Assembly: GCF_046119375.1 (NCBI RefSeq) | Contig: NW_027362762.1 | Location: 129,704,001-129,768,000 of the forward strand | Length of the DNA stretch: 64,000 bases | DNA from: Phyllobates terribilis | Taxonomy: Eukaryota | Direction of reading: 5' to 3' | Position numbers and translations under genes: made by a program | Part shown: positions 33,480-46,684 of the stretch, one piece after another | How the letters are laid out: each line of letters starts with the position of its first letter | How positions within the stretch are numbered: the stretch's first letter is position 1 | Notes under the pieces: generated by a model | Seen by the model: only the letters and a program-made list of their open reading frames with translations | Database searches by the model: none | Told to the model about the DNA's origin: nothing

Positions 33480-35550
33480 CCCATATGTCCCTTCTGGCCC
33501 CCATATGTCCAGGGTGGCCTCTCCATATATTTATCCTAGCCCACATGTATCGAGCCTGCCCTCCCCCCCATATATCCATCCTAGCCCCCATGTGGCCAGC
33601 CTGCCCCCCCCACATATCCATCCTTGCCTCCATGTTTCCAGCCTGCACCCCCCATATATCCATCCTGGACTCCATGTATACATCCTGACACCCCCCTGCA
33701 TATATCCCTTCTGGCCCCCATTTGTCCAGTGTGACCCCTCCATATATTTATCCTAGCACACGTGTATCGACCCTGCCCCCTCCCATTTACCCATCCTAGC
33801 CCCCCATGTGGTCCATCCTGGACTCCATGTGTCCAGCCTCCCCCCATATATCCATCCTGCCCTTCCCCCTGCATATATCCATCCTGACACCCCCCCATAT
33901 ATCCATCCTGCCCCCCCATATATCCATCCTTGGCTCCATGTGTCCAGCCTGCCCCACCCATATATCCATCCTGGCCTCCATGTGTCCAGCCTGCTCCCCC
34001 TACATACCATCCTGGCCTCCATGTGTCCAGCCTGCCCCCCCATATATCCATCCTGGCCTCCATGTGTCCAGCCTGCCCCCCCCATATATCCATCCTCGCC
34101 TCCATGTGTTCAGCCTGCCCCCCCATATATCCATCCTGGCCTCCATGTGTTCAGCCTGCCCCACCCCATAGATCCATCCTGGCCTCCATGTGTCCAGCCT
34201 GCCCCCTCCCATATATCCATCCTGGCCTCCATGAGTCCATCCTGCCCCCCCCCATATATCCATCCTGGCCTCCATGAGTCCAGCCTGCCCCCCCATATAT
34301 CAATCCTGGCCTCCATGAGTCCAGCCTGCCCCCCCATATATCCATTCTGGCCTCCATGTGTCCAGCCTGCCCCCCCATATATCCGTCCTGGCCTCCATGT
34401 GTCCAGCATGCCCCCCATATATCCATCCTAACCTCCATGTGTCCAGCCTGCCCCCTCCATATATCCATCCTGGCCTCCATGTGTCCAGCCTGCCCCCCCA
34501 TATATCCATCCTGGCCTCCATGTATCCAGCCTGCCCCCCCATATATCCATCCTGGCCTCCATGTGTCCAGCCTGCCCCCCATATATCCATCCTGTCCTCC
34601 ATATGTCCAGTCTGCCCCCCATATATCCATCCTGACCTCCATGAGTCCAGCCTGCCCCCCCTATATATCCATCCTCGCCTCCATGAGTACAGCCTGCCCC
34701 CCCCATATATCCATCCTGGCCTCCATGTGTCCAGCCTGCCCCCCCCATATATCCGTCCTGGCCTCCATGTGTCCAGCATGCCCCCCCATATATCCATCCT
34801 GACCTCCATGTGTCCAGCCTGCCCCCCCATATATCCATCCTGGCCTCCATGTGTCCAGCCTGCCCCCCCATATATCCATCCTGGCCTCCATGTGTCCAGC
34901 CTGCCCCCCATATACCCATCCTGTCCACCCCCCTTTGCCTAGGTCCAGCCAGGGTCCCCCCTTGTGTGTCCAGCCAGGGCCCCCCCTTGTGTGTCCAGCC
35001 TGGACCTCCGCTTGTGTGTCCAGCCAAGGCCCCCCCTTGTGTGTCCAGCCGGGCCCCCCCTTGTGTGTCCAGCCAGGGTTCCCCCTTGTGTGTCCAGCCA
35101 GGGTTCCCCCTTGCGTGTCCAGCCAGGGTTCCCGCCTCGTGTATCCAGCCAGGGCTCCCCCCTCGTGTTTCCAGCCAGGGCTCCCCCCTCGTGTGTCCAG
35201 TTTGGCCCCCCTCGTGTGTCCAGCTTGGCCCCCCCTCGTGTGTCCAGCCAGGGTTCCCCCTCGTATGTCCATCTGGGGTTCCCCCTCGTGTGTCCAGCTG
35301 GGCCCCCCCTTGTGTGTCCAGCCAGGGCTCCCCCCTTGTGTGTCCAGACAGGGTTCCCCCTCGTATATCCAGCCGGGGTTCCCTCTCGTGTGTCCAGCTG
35401 GGCCCCCCCTTGTGTGTCCAGCCTGGGTTCCCCCCTTGTATGTCCAGACAGGACCCCCCTTTTGTGTCCAGCTGGGCCCCCCTTGTGTGTCCAGCCAGGG
35501 TCCCCCCTTTTGTGTCCAGTCGGCTAACCCCTTGTGTGTCCAGCCAGGGG
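33480..35550. repeat. C-rich minisatellite: ~40-bp unit switching to a ~25-bp unit at ~34940
   Basis: CCCCCATATATCCATCCTGGCCTCCATGTGTCCAGCCTGC, then AGGGTCCCCCCTTGTGTGTCCAGCC; followed by a CA tract and a hAT-MITE-like end CCAGACTGACCCTG at ~35930. Confidence 0.95.
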
Positions 35551-37074
35551 CCCAGACCATTGCACACACACACACACACACACAAAACACACACACACCT
35601 CTTACCTTCCTGCGCTCCCGTGCGGTGTCCTCCTTCTCCTGAGTTGCGCACCTCCTTCACAGCATGCGCATGACGATGACGTCATACGCTGGCCGGCGAA
35701 GGGAAACGCGCAGCTTCAGCTGCTTCACTGGGACGTGCGCCGCGGTGGTTCAGGTAATGAACGCCGCGTGCACGCGTCCCTGCATACACTGTGCCTGAGC
35801 TTTTAAAGGGCCCGTGCCCCTTAAAACCGCAGGATTTTTTTTTTTTGCTCTCTTCTCCCCCCTCTCCTCTGCAGCAGGGGGCGGGGCCCACCGGGAAAAT
35901 TCCCGGTATCCCGCCAACCCAGACTGACCCTGCTTGGAGATGTTGCAGGGCGATCACTGTGCTGTTTTGCTGTCGGATCTGCTGGGACTTGTGTTGCCAC
36001 AGACTATTTTAGCCTGTGCCATCGCTGCTGCTGTACCTCAAAGAAGAAAGTAGACGTCCCTAATCCGTTGATGACCTGTTCCTGTCTCCTGCTTTTTCCT
36101 AATCCACGCCAATCCTCCTCTCTCTAACCCCTTCCCTACCTCCCCTTCTGCTGCATAAGGGCATAAGTATTAAAAGTTTGAAAATTGCAAAATTTTCAGC
36201 ATATTTCCAATATTTTCACAAATAAACGCAAGTCAAATTGTACCACTATTATAAAGTACAATATGTCACGAAAAAAACTCTCAATCACTGAGATCTGTTG
36301 AAGCGTTCCAGAGTTATTACCTCATCAAGTGACACTGGTCAGAATTGTAAAATTTGGCCTTGTCATGAAGGTGAAAACTGGTTCAGGAGTTAAAGAGTTA
36401 ATGTAAAGTCGAGTGAAAAAAAAAATTGTAATTTTTACTTTAAAATGTTGCTTTAGCCCCATTTTTTTCACTTTTTCAAGGAATAGCACAAAAATGGACC
36501 CCACAATTTATTACCTAGTTTCTTCTGAGCGCACCAATATCCCACATGTGGTCAGAAACCTCTGTTTGGACAACCAACAGGGCTCGGAAGGGAAGGAGCA
36601 CCATTTGAATTTTGAAACACAAATTTGGCTGAAATAGATTGTGAACACCACGTCGCATTTGCAGAGGCACTAAGGTGCCCAAACAGCAGAAAACCACACA
36701 AGTGACCCTATTTTGGAAACTACACCCCTCAAGGATTTTATCCAGGGGTATAGTGACCTAGTAACCATAGGCGGATTATAATGAGGGCAATCTGGGCTAC
36801 CGCCCGGGGCCCGAGGCCTTAGGGGGGCCCACGGCCAGATTGCCCTCACTATAATGTTTTGTGCGCCATCATTGTTGGTGCAAGTGGTGTCGCGCCTCAG
36901 CCCCGGATCTCCTGCGCTGGTCCCCGATCAGCTGTTGAGGGGTCTGCAGTCTTAGCAGCCGCCGGCCGGCACTGTGCTCTTGCGTGCTGCTGTGCCCCGC
37001 CGGCGGCATCACTGCATAGCAGTCGCGGCTACGTCATGCACCACGCTATGCGCAGCCGTCAGCCTTCATGACAC

Positions 37075-37380
37075 AGAGCGCGGGAGATCCAAAAAAGGGT
37101 CCTGTCTGCGGCGCTGTGGCGGGCGTCGGTGGGACCTGTCTGCGGCGCTGTGTTCAAGGCGGCGGATGGCCCTATCTGCGGCGCTGTGGCGGGCGGCGGA
37201 GGGCCCTGTCTATGGCGCTGTGTCACGGGCAGCCGAGTGCCCTGTCTGCAGCGCTGTGTCCTGAGCGGCGGCGGAGGGCCCTGTCTGCAGCGCTGTGTCC
37301 CGGGCGGCGGAGGGCCCAGTCTGCAGCGCTGTGTCCTGAGCGGCAGAGGAGGGCCCTGTCTGCAGCGCTGTGGCGGGCCT
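37075..37380. repeat. GC-rich ~35-38-bp minisatellite
   Basis: GGCCCTGTCTGCAGCGCTGTG... repeated ~8 times. Confidence 0.85.
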
Positions 37381-37499
37381 TGCATTAAACTCTACTCACC
37401 TGAGTCCTGACCAATCCCAGGGATCCACTAATGCACACCTGGAGCTCTTCATCCTCCTCCATCTCAGGGATCTGGTGAGTGAGTGCCAACATGGAAACT

Positions 37500-38202
37500 T
37501 TTTAAATGTGTATATACAGTTGTTGTATATTCAATATATAGATGATACTGCTTAATATATATTATGTATGTGATATTACAATGGCTGTATATAATCCCAG
37601 TATCACCTGTATATTGTATGTACAGCAGTCTATATACATTATATTGGTGATACTGTGATTGCTGTATATATATTACGTAGTTGATACTGTATATATGTTA
37701 CATAGCTGATACTGTGATTCCTGTGAATAATTGCAATATCACGTATATAATGTATTCACAGCAGTAGCACTATCACATACATAATGTATATACAGAAGTC
37801 TGTATACAATATATAGGTGATAATGTTACTGCTGTGTATACATTATATACGTGATACTGCTGTATATATGTCACAAAGGTGATGCTGCAATTATACACAG
37901 CAAACACAATATCACTTATATATTATATAGGTGATAGTGAGACTGCAGTATATACAGTGTATACACAGCAGTCACAGTGTCACCTATATAATGTATATAC
38001 AACAGTATATACATTATATTGGTGATACTTCGACTGCTATATATACACACAATATATAAGTGATACTGCAACTGTGTATAGCTGCAGTATCTCCTATATA
38101 ATATATATGCAGCAGTCTCTGTGATATATATTTAGCAGTCGTGGTGTCTCCTACGTGATGTATAGTATATAGTATAATGCGGTCTTAATTATAACGTAGA
38201 GT

Positions 38203-38249
<47 letters not shown>

Positions 38250-38460
38250 AGAGAAGTTTATATAGTATGATGCTGTGTATATACTATAGTATATAGTGTG
38301 GAATCCCCACTATATATACTGGCACATCTCTACACTATATACGATGTAGTATACACACAGCTCCACTCTATATTCTTTTGTACAGTATATATTTATATGT
38401 ATATAACTGATTGTAGTATATACTGTGGAGCTGTGTATACTTCTCCTGTCCTGTATACTT
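37500..38460. repeat. Degenerate TA-rich tandem region including a (TA)n microsatellite at 38213-38245
   Basis: TATATA-rich periodic sequence; uninterrupted TA run. Confidence 0.8.
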
Positions 38461-38658
38461 GGGGTAATTCTTAGTATTTGCTCTTATATATGTAGATATA
38501 TAAGCACTCCGATTAATTGTCAAAAAAGTGGAGGACTCCTTATTAGCCCATGTGATAATGTTTCGGATCCACAACAGAACATTTCTCTGTTATGGAACTG
38601 AAATGTCGTCACATGGGCTAACTAATAGAGTCCACTGCTGAAGATTTGGTTCTGCTCC

Positions 38659-38897
38659 GAGTACCACTTCTCCTGTCCTATATATATATACTGCACAGTA
38701 CCACTTCTCCTGTCCTGTATATATACACTGCACAGTACCACTTCTCCTGTCCTGTATATATACACTGCACAGTACCACTTCTCCTGTCCTATATATATAT
38801 ACTGCACAGTACCACTTCTCCTGTCCTGTATATATACACTGCACAGTACCACTTCTCCTGTCCTGTATATATACACTGCACAGTACCACTTCTCCTG
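38659..38897. repeat. 37-39-bp minisatellite x ~6
   Basis: CTGCACAGTACCACTTCTCCTGTCCTGTATATATACA. Confidence 0.95.
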
Positions 38898-39247
38898 TAC
38901 ATGTTTTGTTCAAACCAAGTCTAAGAGTGCAGGTAGCGCTCAAAGATGTCTGGTGATGAGACCCCCAAGTTCCCCCCTCACATCTTAGATTGTTGTTATG
39001 CATTTCTTCATCTTTTTGTAAAATATTTCAAACTTTTTGCCAATATACTTGGATCGGAAGCCGGATCCTTCCAACCTCTCATGAATATTAATATTGAGCA
39101 GAATTAATTTCGGCCTATTGGTTCGGCCACCACAACAGTCACTGTCTCATGTGGCCCCTTGGGAAAATTAATCTATTCCCCACTCTATTATGTATAGTGC
39201 TGTACACAAGGTGTACAAGATCACCTGTGTATTACTCACATGACCTA

Positions 39248-40734
39248 CAGTGCATTGTGAAAGTATTTGGCCCCCTTGAACTTTTCTACCTTTTGCCACA
39301 TTTCTGGCTTCAAACATTAAGATATAAAATTTTATTTTTTGGGGAAGAATCAACAACCAGTGGGACACAATCTTGAAGTGGAACGAAATTTATTGGATAT
39401 TTTAAACTTTTTTAACAAATTAAAAACTGAAAAGTGGGGCGTGCAATATTATTCGGCCCCCTTGAGTTAATACTTTGTAGCGCCACCTTTTGCTGCGATT
39501 ACAGCTGCAAGTCGCTTGGGGTATGTCTCTATCAGTTTTGCACATCGAGAGGCTGAAATTCTTGCCCATTCTTCCTTGCAAAACAGCTCGAGCTCATTGA
39601 GGTCAGATGGAGGGCATTTGTGAACAGCAGTTTTCAGCTCTTTCCACAGATTCTCGATTGGATTCAGGTCTGGACTTTGGCTTGGCCATTCTAACACCTG
39701 GATACGTTTATTTTTGAACCATTCCATTGTAGATTTTGCTTTATGTTTGGGATCATTGTGTTGTTGGAAGATAAATCTCCGTCCCAGTCTCAGGTCTTTT
39801 GCAGACTCCAACAGGTTTTTTTCCAGAATGGTCCTGTACTTGGCTCCATCCATCGTCTTATCAATTTTAACCATCTTCCCTGTCCCTGCTGAAGAAAAGC
39901 AGGCCCAAAACATGATGCTACCACCAAGTTTGACAGTGGGGATGGTGTTTTGAGGGTGATGAGCTGTGTTGCTTTTACGCCAAACATATCGTTTTGCATT
40001 GCGGCCAAAACGTTTGATTTTGGTTTCATCTGATCAGAGCACCTTATTCCACATGTTTCGTGTGTTTCCCAGGTGGCTTGTGGCAAATTCAAACAAGACT
40101 TTTTATGGATATCTTGAGTGATCATGGGCTTTTTGGCTGCAGCTCTGATCAGTCTTCTCCTTGTTCGAGATGAAAGTTTAGAGGGACGGCTGGGTCTTGG
40201 TAGATTTGCAGTCGTCTGATACTCCTTCCATTCAATATGATCGCTTGCACAGTGCTCCTTGACATGTTTAAAACTTGGGAAATCTCTTTGTATCCAAATC
40301 CGGCTTTAAACTTTGCCACAACAGTATCTCGGACCTGCCTGGTCTGTTCCTTGGTCTTCATGATGCTCTCTGCACTTGAAACAGAACCCTGAGACTATCA
40401 CAGAGCAGGTGCATTTATATGGAGACTTGATTACACACAGGTGGATTCTATTTATCATTACCAGTCATTTAGGAGAACATTGGATCATTCAGAGATCCTC
40501 GCTGAACTTCTGGAGTGAAAGTAAAGGGGCTGAATAATATTGCACGCCCCACTTTTCAGTTTTTAATGTTAAAAAAGTTTAAAATATCCCAAAAATTTCG
40601 TTCCACTTCACGATTGTGTCCCACTTGTTGATTCTTCCCAAACAAATTAGAATTTTATATCTTTATGTTTGAAGACAGAAATGTGGCAAAAGGTAGAAAA
40701 GTTCAAGAGGGCCAAATACTTTCAAACTGCACTG
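39248..40734 (-). mobile_element. Tc1 element, Passport/RTTN/SSTN-like
   Basis: TA|CAGTGCATTGTGAAAGTATTTGGCCCCCTTGAAC ... GTTCAAGAGGGCCAAATACTTTCAAACTGCACTG|TA; ~210-bp inverted repeats with internal direct repeats. Confidence 0.93.
39467..40361 (-). pseudogene. Tc1 transposase pseudogene; second catalytic Asp changed to His; internal deletion
   Basis: MKTKEQTRQVRDTVVAKFKAGFGYK; FQQHNDPKH; WPSQSPDLNPIENLW; ends AAKGGATKY*; only 895 bp for a ~340-aa protein. Confidence 0.93.
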
Positions 40735-41850
40735 TATTAAAGGTGATCGCGTTACAGGTTACATGATACATCGGGTACCTGGGGGTGGGGCCCGCGCCTT
40801 CAAAACTGCCCGGGGCCCTGGCTACTCTTAATCCACCCCTGCTAGTAACCAATGAGCCACCGGGCTGCCCTGGGCTGTATCACATTACCAGTTTTTGGCG
40901 TAGAAAACAGTGTGGTGAGCCACTGGGGAGGCGCCAGATGTTGCAGAAGGGCCAGCTGGGGAGTGTAGTCTCACTGGCAGCAGATAATGATGTCACAGTA
41001 GCTGAACTGGGTCGCTGGACCCCTCAACGCTTCCCTCATGTCCACAACAATTTCAAAAGCGGGAGGTGGCACTTGTGGATGGTATAGGACCCCCCGGGGG
41101 CACTCCTGTAGCAGTGGTGTTTGGGTGCAGGTTTTGGAGTGCCGGTGATGTTTGTGCAATCCCAAGCAGCCAGACACGCAGGTGAACTTGTAAACATATC
41201 AATTTTACTGAAGGAGGTAACGGGGTACAGTCTCTCTTACAGGCAAAGTTCACAGTATATTGTGCATATGACAGTAATGGTTTTCTCCTCATGAGACAAG
41301 CACTGTTATGGCCCCTCAGGGCGGATGGAGCAGAGTTCTCTTCACTTGCTAGTGCAGGAAATGGTATGCACAGTCCAGGAAATATTAAACTGATGGAGGG
41401 ACCTTCACAGATTGGCTCTCTGTGGGAAACACACTAAAGTGTGGATGTACTCACTGTTTTTATCCCACCGTTCCCTCTTGCAGGGGGTAGGTTTAAACAA
41501 AGTTGGTGGCGTGGCAGCCACGTGGATCTGGTCCTGGCTAGAAGCAATCAGGATAACCAAAGAGCAGGAGAGTCCATGTACAGCATTCTCTCTCCTGACT
41601 AGAAGACACGGCACTCTTTTTGTGAAAGAGAATATGTGAGGAAAAATGTCCCCTCAGTGTAGACTGGCATTGAAAACTCTTCTCTGAGAGAATAATGTCT
41701 CTTCTCAATCTTCCTGAGGCTGCAGGAACCGCCCACAACTGGTTTGTACCAGTGTTCACTCAGTGTGTGCCCTGAGCTGGGAGGCTCCTCCCAGCCTTTG
41801 CTATGGCCACCTGTTGTGAGGAGAATAATCATTACTTCATATACACACAT

Positions 41851-41869
41851 TGGCCAGCAGATGGCAGTA
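41851..41869 (+). promoter_or_regulatory. CTCF-consensus motif
   Basis: TGGCCAGCAGATGGCAGTA. Motif match only. Confidence 0.5.
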
Positions 41870-42329
41870 AAGTACAATTTACAATGCAATGTATTATATC
41901 CCCTAACTCAGTGCACACATTGGAACAAATCTACTGCCACACTACAACTGTCTCATTTAGCTGTAGTAGAAAGGGTACCGGGATGCCACAACAGGTTCCA
42001 GCGCAATGTACGCATTTTTTAATGTTTTTATTTGTCCTGTTTAGGTTTTTGTGCTTGTTATATAATAAAGATTTATATTGTTAAAATTTAGGAAGTGCAA
42101 CAGATCTTTCGAACTTTTATTTCCTTCCTTTTTAGTTACATATGTTTTACATGTACTTTGGTTACCGCTCCATTATTATACAGGTGGTGCCTGATCCATT
42201 GGGATTTTTGGGTGTCTCATCTCTCCATTTAATAATTTCCTGGATGTCACTGTCTAAGAAATCGGGAGTCGGGAGCTATGATTCATTATGGATGTGCCAC
42301 AAGAGTCCGCTAATAATTCTAATAGCACC

Positions 42330-42988
42330 TTTAAGACACTGCTGTGTGTGTCAGCAGTGTGACACGTACCGGCGCCCGGGAATCAGTGGTACAGTTAGCA
42401 CTGTTCCCAAGTGCTGAGTGCTGAACGCTGCCCTCATCATTGTTCCTTGCTCGCGCTGTGATCAGCACGAGCAAGGGACAATGTTGGGAGCAGTAGTGTC
42501 TGCTCCCGAAGTGTCCCTGTGTAAAAATAAGAATAAAATAATAATATCCTTATACTCACTTTTCCGGAGATGTCCCCCGCTGTAATCCTCTGTCTACTGA
42601 TGATGAGGAGCAGGGGAGAATGAGCGGGGCCCTGCACTGAGCGGAGCTCACTGAGTGACAGGACACCGCTCCGCGCAGCTTCGGGGCTTGCTGGAGTGGC
42701 TCATTCTCTCCGGCACACAGTGGAGACACAGCGGGAGCAAAATACTACTCCCAACATTGTCTCTTGCTCGTGCTGATCACAGCGCGAGCAAGGAACAATG
42801 ATGAGAGCAGTGTCCAGCACCCGGCACTTGGGAACAGAGCTAACTGTACTGCTGATTCCCAAACGCCGGTACATGTGATCCTGATGCGGCACACGGTTGC
42901 CACACGTGTGACACACACAGACACACGGGACACGGATATCTCTGGTACCGGTTTTTCGGAAATATACGGACATGTGAAACCACCCTAA
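42330..42988. mobile_element. Palindromic MITE, probably Harbinger-type
   Basis: ~140-bp inverted arms (42365-42510 vs 42740-42880); right end CATGTGAAACCACCC|TAA; left end unclear. Confidence 0.6.
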
Positions 42989-43728
42989 CACACAGGCTTC
43001 CACTATTTTTGTAACACTGAACAGAGGGCCAGTTTAAGTTTAGTTGAAACCCTCAAAGTTACAAATTTGGTGACATTCCTGTCAAACGTTTGGGCCTATT
43101 CCCCCTTATATAGAAGAGATAGTTGCTCATGCATGTGGCCTGCTCTATAGGAGTCTATAGGAGTTTAAGAGATAACCAGCCAGCAATCACCTTGGATTTC
43201 AATGGACACAGTCATATGTATGCCAGGCCACCTCTCCATCTCTCTTTGGCTGAACAGAATCAATTAATGGGTATAAGGTGGCTCCAGTTTTATTGAGATG
43301 ATCAGGGTATACGCTATCCATATACCGAAAAAGTGATTGCAAGACCTTCATAGCTAGCCTGTGTAGAAAGTGGACGCATTATAGAATATCAAAGGGAATG
43401 AGCTGCAGCCTGCAAGGTGTGTAATGGGCTCCTTTGCACACACTGAACAACCAGTTCTGATCCAGATGTGATCTAACAGCCCATATCTAAGAATTAGCTT
43501 GGACAAAAAGATTGACTGGTAAAAGCCCCTAGTGACCCAAAATGGAGACTGTTCAGGGCATGTGCCACTTGTGCACTCCAAATAATCCAGACAGACTACA
43601 CCAAATGCCGCCCCTCGGTGCATCATGACGAGGCCAATGATTTACATACACCTTTCTATCTGCTTTTTTTCTTCAATCTCCAGCCTTCCCCCCTCTTCTT
43701 TGACAGCTCTGGCTTCATAGAGCCAGAG

Positions 43729-44022
43729 ATTTTTTTTTTTAACTGTCTTCCACTTGGTCTTGAGCCATGGTGACTTTATGCATGAATGATTTGTAGGAAG
43801 ATCGATCTTGTGCAAACCTAGATAGGTCCACAAGGGTCTTCTTCACCATTATCTTAATAGTATCAAGCCATCGGATTGCAGGTATTCCTCTTTGCCTTGT
43901 TCCTTCTATTCTTCCGACCATGATGTCCTTCTCCAGTGATTACTCTCTTCGTATGATGTGTCCAAAGTAGGCAAGTCGTAGCTTGGTGATCCTTGCTTCG
44001 AGAGACATGTCTTGCTTGATTT
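43729..44022 (-). mobile_element. RTE/BovB-like LINE, 5'-truncated 3' end with poly(A), inserted in a T2 MITE
   Basis: Minus strand: SLEARITKLRLAYFGHIIRRE*SLEKDIMVGRIEGTRQRGIPAIRWLDTI, the RTE C-terminal signature; T-run at 43729-43740; GCCAGA on both sides. Confidence 0.85.
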
Positions 44023-44235
44023 GCCAGAAAAGGGAAGAGGAATTCGAAAACAAGCTGGTGGGTAGGTGTATTTACTTAATTGGCCACGCCATGAAGCACC
44101 GAGCACCTGTACTTGGTGTAAACAGTCATTCTGTGCTGACAGACTCTTTGTAACCTAGCAGCACTGTTTGATGGAGATACAGCATCAGCTGCAGCTATGG
44201 TGGAGAGACAGCAAATGGTGGTAAGTTAACTGTTA

Positions 44236-45399
44236 GGCTATGTGCCCACGATGCAGAAATGAAGCAGAAAACTTTTGCAGCATTTCTGCATCTCCCTGGC
44301 AAAAAAAACGCATGCGGATTGTACATGCGTTTTCCCTGTGTAATACATGCGGATTCACATGCGTTTCCGCATGCGGATTGACAAGCGCTTTCAAAGCGAT
44401 TTTAGCATCACTTTGAAAGTGCTTGACAACTAGGTCACACTATATAAATCCATGCAAACAGCATGGATTTATATAGTGTGACCTTTAGAATGGTTAAAAA
44501 TAAAAAAATAAACCTTGATACTTACCTTCCGATGGCCCGGCGTGTGTTGCTGTGCTCCTTCCTGGCTGCCAGCTGATTGCGGGACACTGCAATGAAAGAC
44601 CTGCCGTCACATGACTGTGACGTCAGCGCAGGTCCTTCAGTCTGCTAGCAAGCACAGGGAAGGAGACCGGGGGCCGTCGGAAGGTGAATATAATCTTTAT
44701 TTTTTATTTTATTCTTTTTTTTATGGTACCTGGGTGTGGAGGAGAGTCTTCTCTTCTCCACACTCGGGTACCATTCGCACATTACAACGCGCCAATTACG
44801 CAAGTACAGATGCAGTCTTGCAGAATTGGCGCGTTCTAATGCAAGTCAATGGCGGCAAAAACGCAGCGCTTCCGCAAAATTAATGGACATGCTGCGGATT
44901 TTTGAGCGCAGCATAAACGCTGTGGAAAAATCCGCAGCATGGGCATTGACATTGCGGCTTGTCATTGGAGACCATGGGGGGCGGATAACCAAGCGTTTCC
45001 CAAGCGTTTATGCTGCGGAAGTTCCGCAGTATATACGCTTGTAAAACGCTACGTGGGCCCACGATGCAGAATTGAAGCAGAAAATTTCCGCAGCATTTCT
45101 GCATGTCCTTGCACGTAAAAACACACGCGTTTTTGAAGCGTTTTGATATGCGGATTTGCCGTGCATTTTTCAAATGCATTGAGTAGGCAAATCCGCATGC
45201 GGAAACGCACAAATAATGGACATGCTGAGGATTTTTCCGCACAGAGAATCCGCTGCAGAAAATTCCGCAGCATGTGCACAGAACATGCGGATTGTCATTG
45301 GGGACCATGGGGCACAGATTACCAAGTGTTTTAAAAGTGTTTCTGCTGTGGAAATTCCGCAGCAAAAACGCTTGAAAAACGAATCGTGGGCACGTAGCC
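44236..45399. mobile_element. PIF/Harbinger-type non-autonomous element
   Basis: TTA|GGCTATGTGCCCACG ... CGTGGGCACGTAGCC|TTA; internal repeat of the left end at ~45050; ATGCGG/CCGCA motifs. Confidence 0.82.
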
Positions 45400-45629
45400 T
45401 TATATCTTGCTGCTATACTGTATATAGCAGTTCCTCTAGACTGCACTGCATGACATCTCATTTCTTGGTGGCATTAGTTTCTCCTGTTATCTTCTATGTT
45501 GTGATGATGAAGATAATAGTTCCTGTATGTCCCAAGTAAAACTGTTCATTCTCTCATCAATCCTGATCGTTCTGTTGAAATCTGCAACACTGCTTTCTAA
45601 CACTTCAAGGTTTTAAAGTGCCTCTTTAA

Positions 45630-46134
45630 TTAAACCCGAACCTCCAAAAATGCTATTAACCTGCAGATATAGTGATAATATACAGGTAAGTAGCGTTTAA
45701 ATCATGCCTTGCTGCCATACAGGAGCAGTGGCTACAAGGAGAAAATTAAAGGGGTTATCCACTATTCGAATAACTCCTTCTCAATGACAATATTTCCCTT
45801 ACAGCCGCTCGCTTCCAGTCATCAGGGCGGTACAGAGGACTATTACCGACACATTGATTAACAGTCAGATGTGCACACACACCCTGCAGAGCCGGCTGTT
45901 CATCGTTATGCCGGGAAGTGATTTGATCCGCGCTCACTGTGTAATGAGCAGTGACTATCACATTCCTCTGCACAGTGCTGGTGGAAGTGAGCAGCTGCAG
46001 GGAGGATATAACTTCACTTTCTCCCTGTAGCCGCTGCTCCAGTATGGCATCCATACATAGTTTAAACGCTATTTACCTGCATATTGCCCCTATATCTGAA
46101 GGTAGGTAGTGTTTCAGGAGGTGACAGGTTCCCT
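45630..46134. mobile_element. T2-type MITE (possibly nested pair)
   Basis: Inverted arms CAGGTAAGTAGCGTTTAAA / TTTAAACGCTATTTACCTG; end GACAGGTTCCCT|TTAA; internal TTAAAGGGGTT at ~45746. Confidence 0.6.
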
Positions 46135-46684
46135 TTAACATCTTCCTTTATTTCAGAGCTTTCTTTCCCTTTAGCCTTATAGAAAATGTTTAAAGCAAAT
46201 CTGAAAAGGGCAGCAGAAAAGTGACTGCATCAGCAGGTCAATAATTGCAAGACTATTTATGTATATTAGTAGTTTATGAGTTATACTTTAGATGTATTCA
46301 TTTACTGTACACCAGTTGCTGCTTCTAAGTATATTTTTACCTTACAAAGGAAATCAATCATTAAAAGATCCTCACAGCTACAAAGCATATGCTGCATTGA
46401 CACAGAAGCAGCATTTTGTGTAAGAGATGAATGCACCTAGAGACATATTAGAAAAAAAACATCATGGAGCAGGTGTGCACAGCACACATCAGGCGCCTTC
46501 CTGACATCGATACATTAGAGACGTCGACCTATATAATCATACATTTACTGACACAGTGTTTGATGTCTACATTTACAAATACTGTATACTTTTAAAACCA
46601 AATCCCTAAAAATTGACTTATGTAAGGCGGAAATTCTATGGTGATATCATCACAGGGTTTCCTTACTGGGAGCTGTGTATGTGA

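Larger units (their letters stand above)
36766..40841. mobile_element. Non-autonomous hAT element (4076 bp including a nested Tc1)
   Basis: Ends CATAGGCGGATTA / TAATCCACCCCTG with a perfect 8-bp TSD CTAGTAAC on both sides. Confidence 0.8.

Noticed and set aside
33454-35673. Long Pro/Gly-rich ORFs up to 410 aa
   Set aside because: All frames are open because the minisatellite lacks stops; not evidence of a gene.
40960-41200. Possible LINE ORF1 esterase-like fragment (EIVVDMREALRGPATQFSY)
   Set aside because: Resemblance too vague without a search.
45420-45590. Possible minus-strand terminal exon (FNRTIRIDERMNSLLGTYRNYY...)
   Set aside because: Weak acceptor, no partner exons, peptide not recognised.
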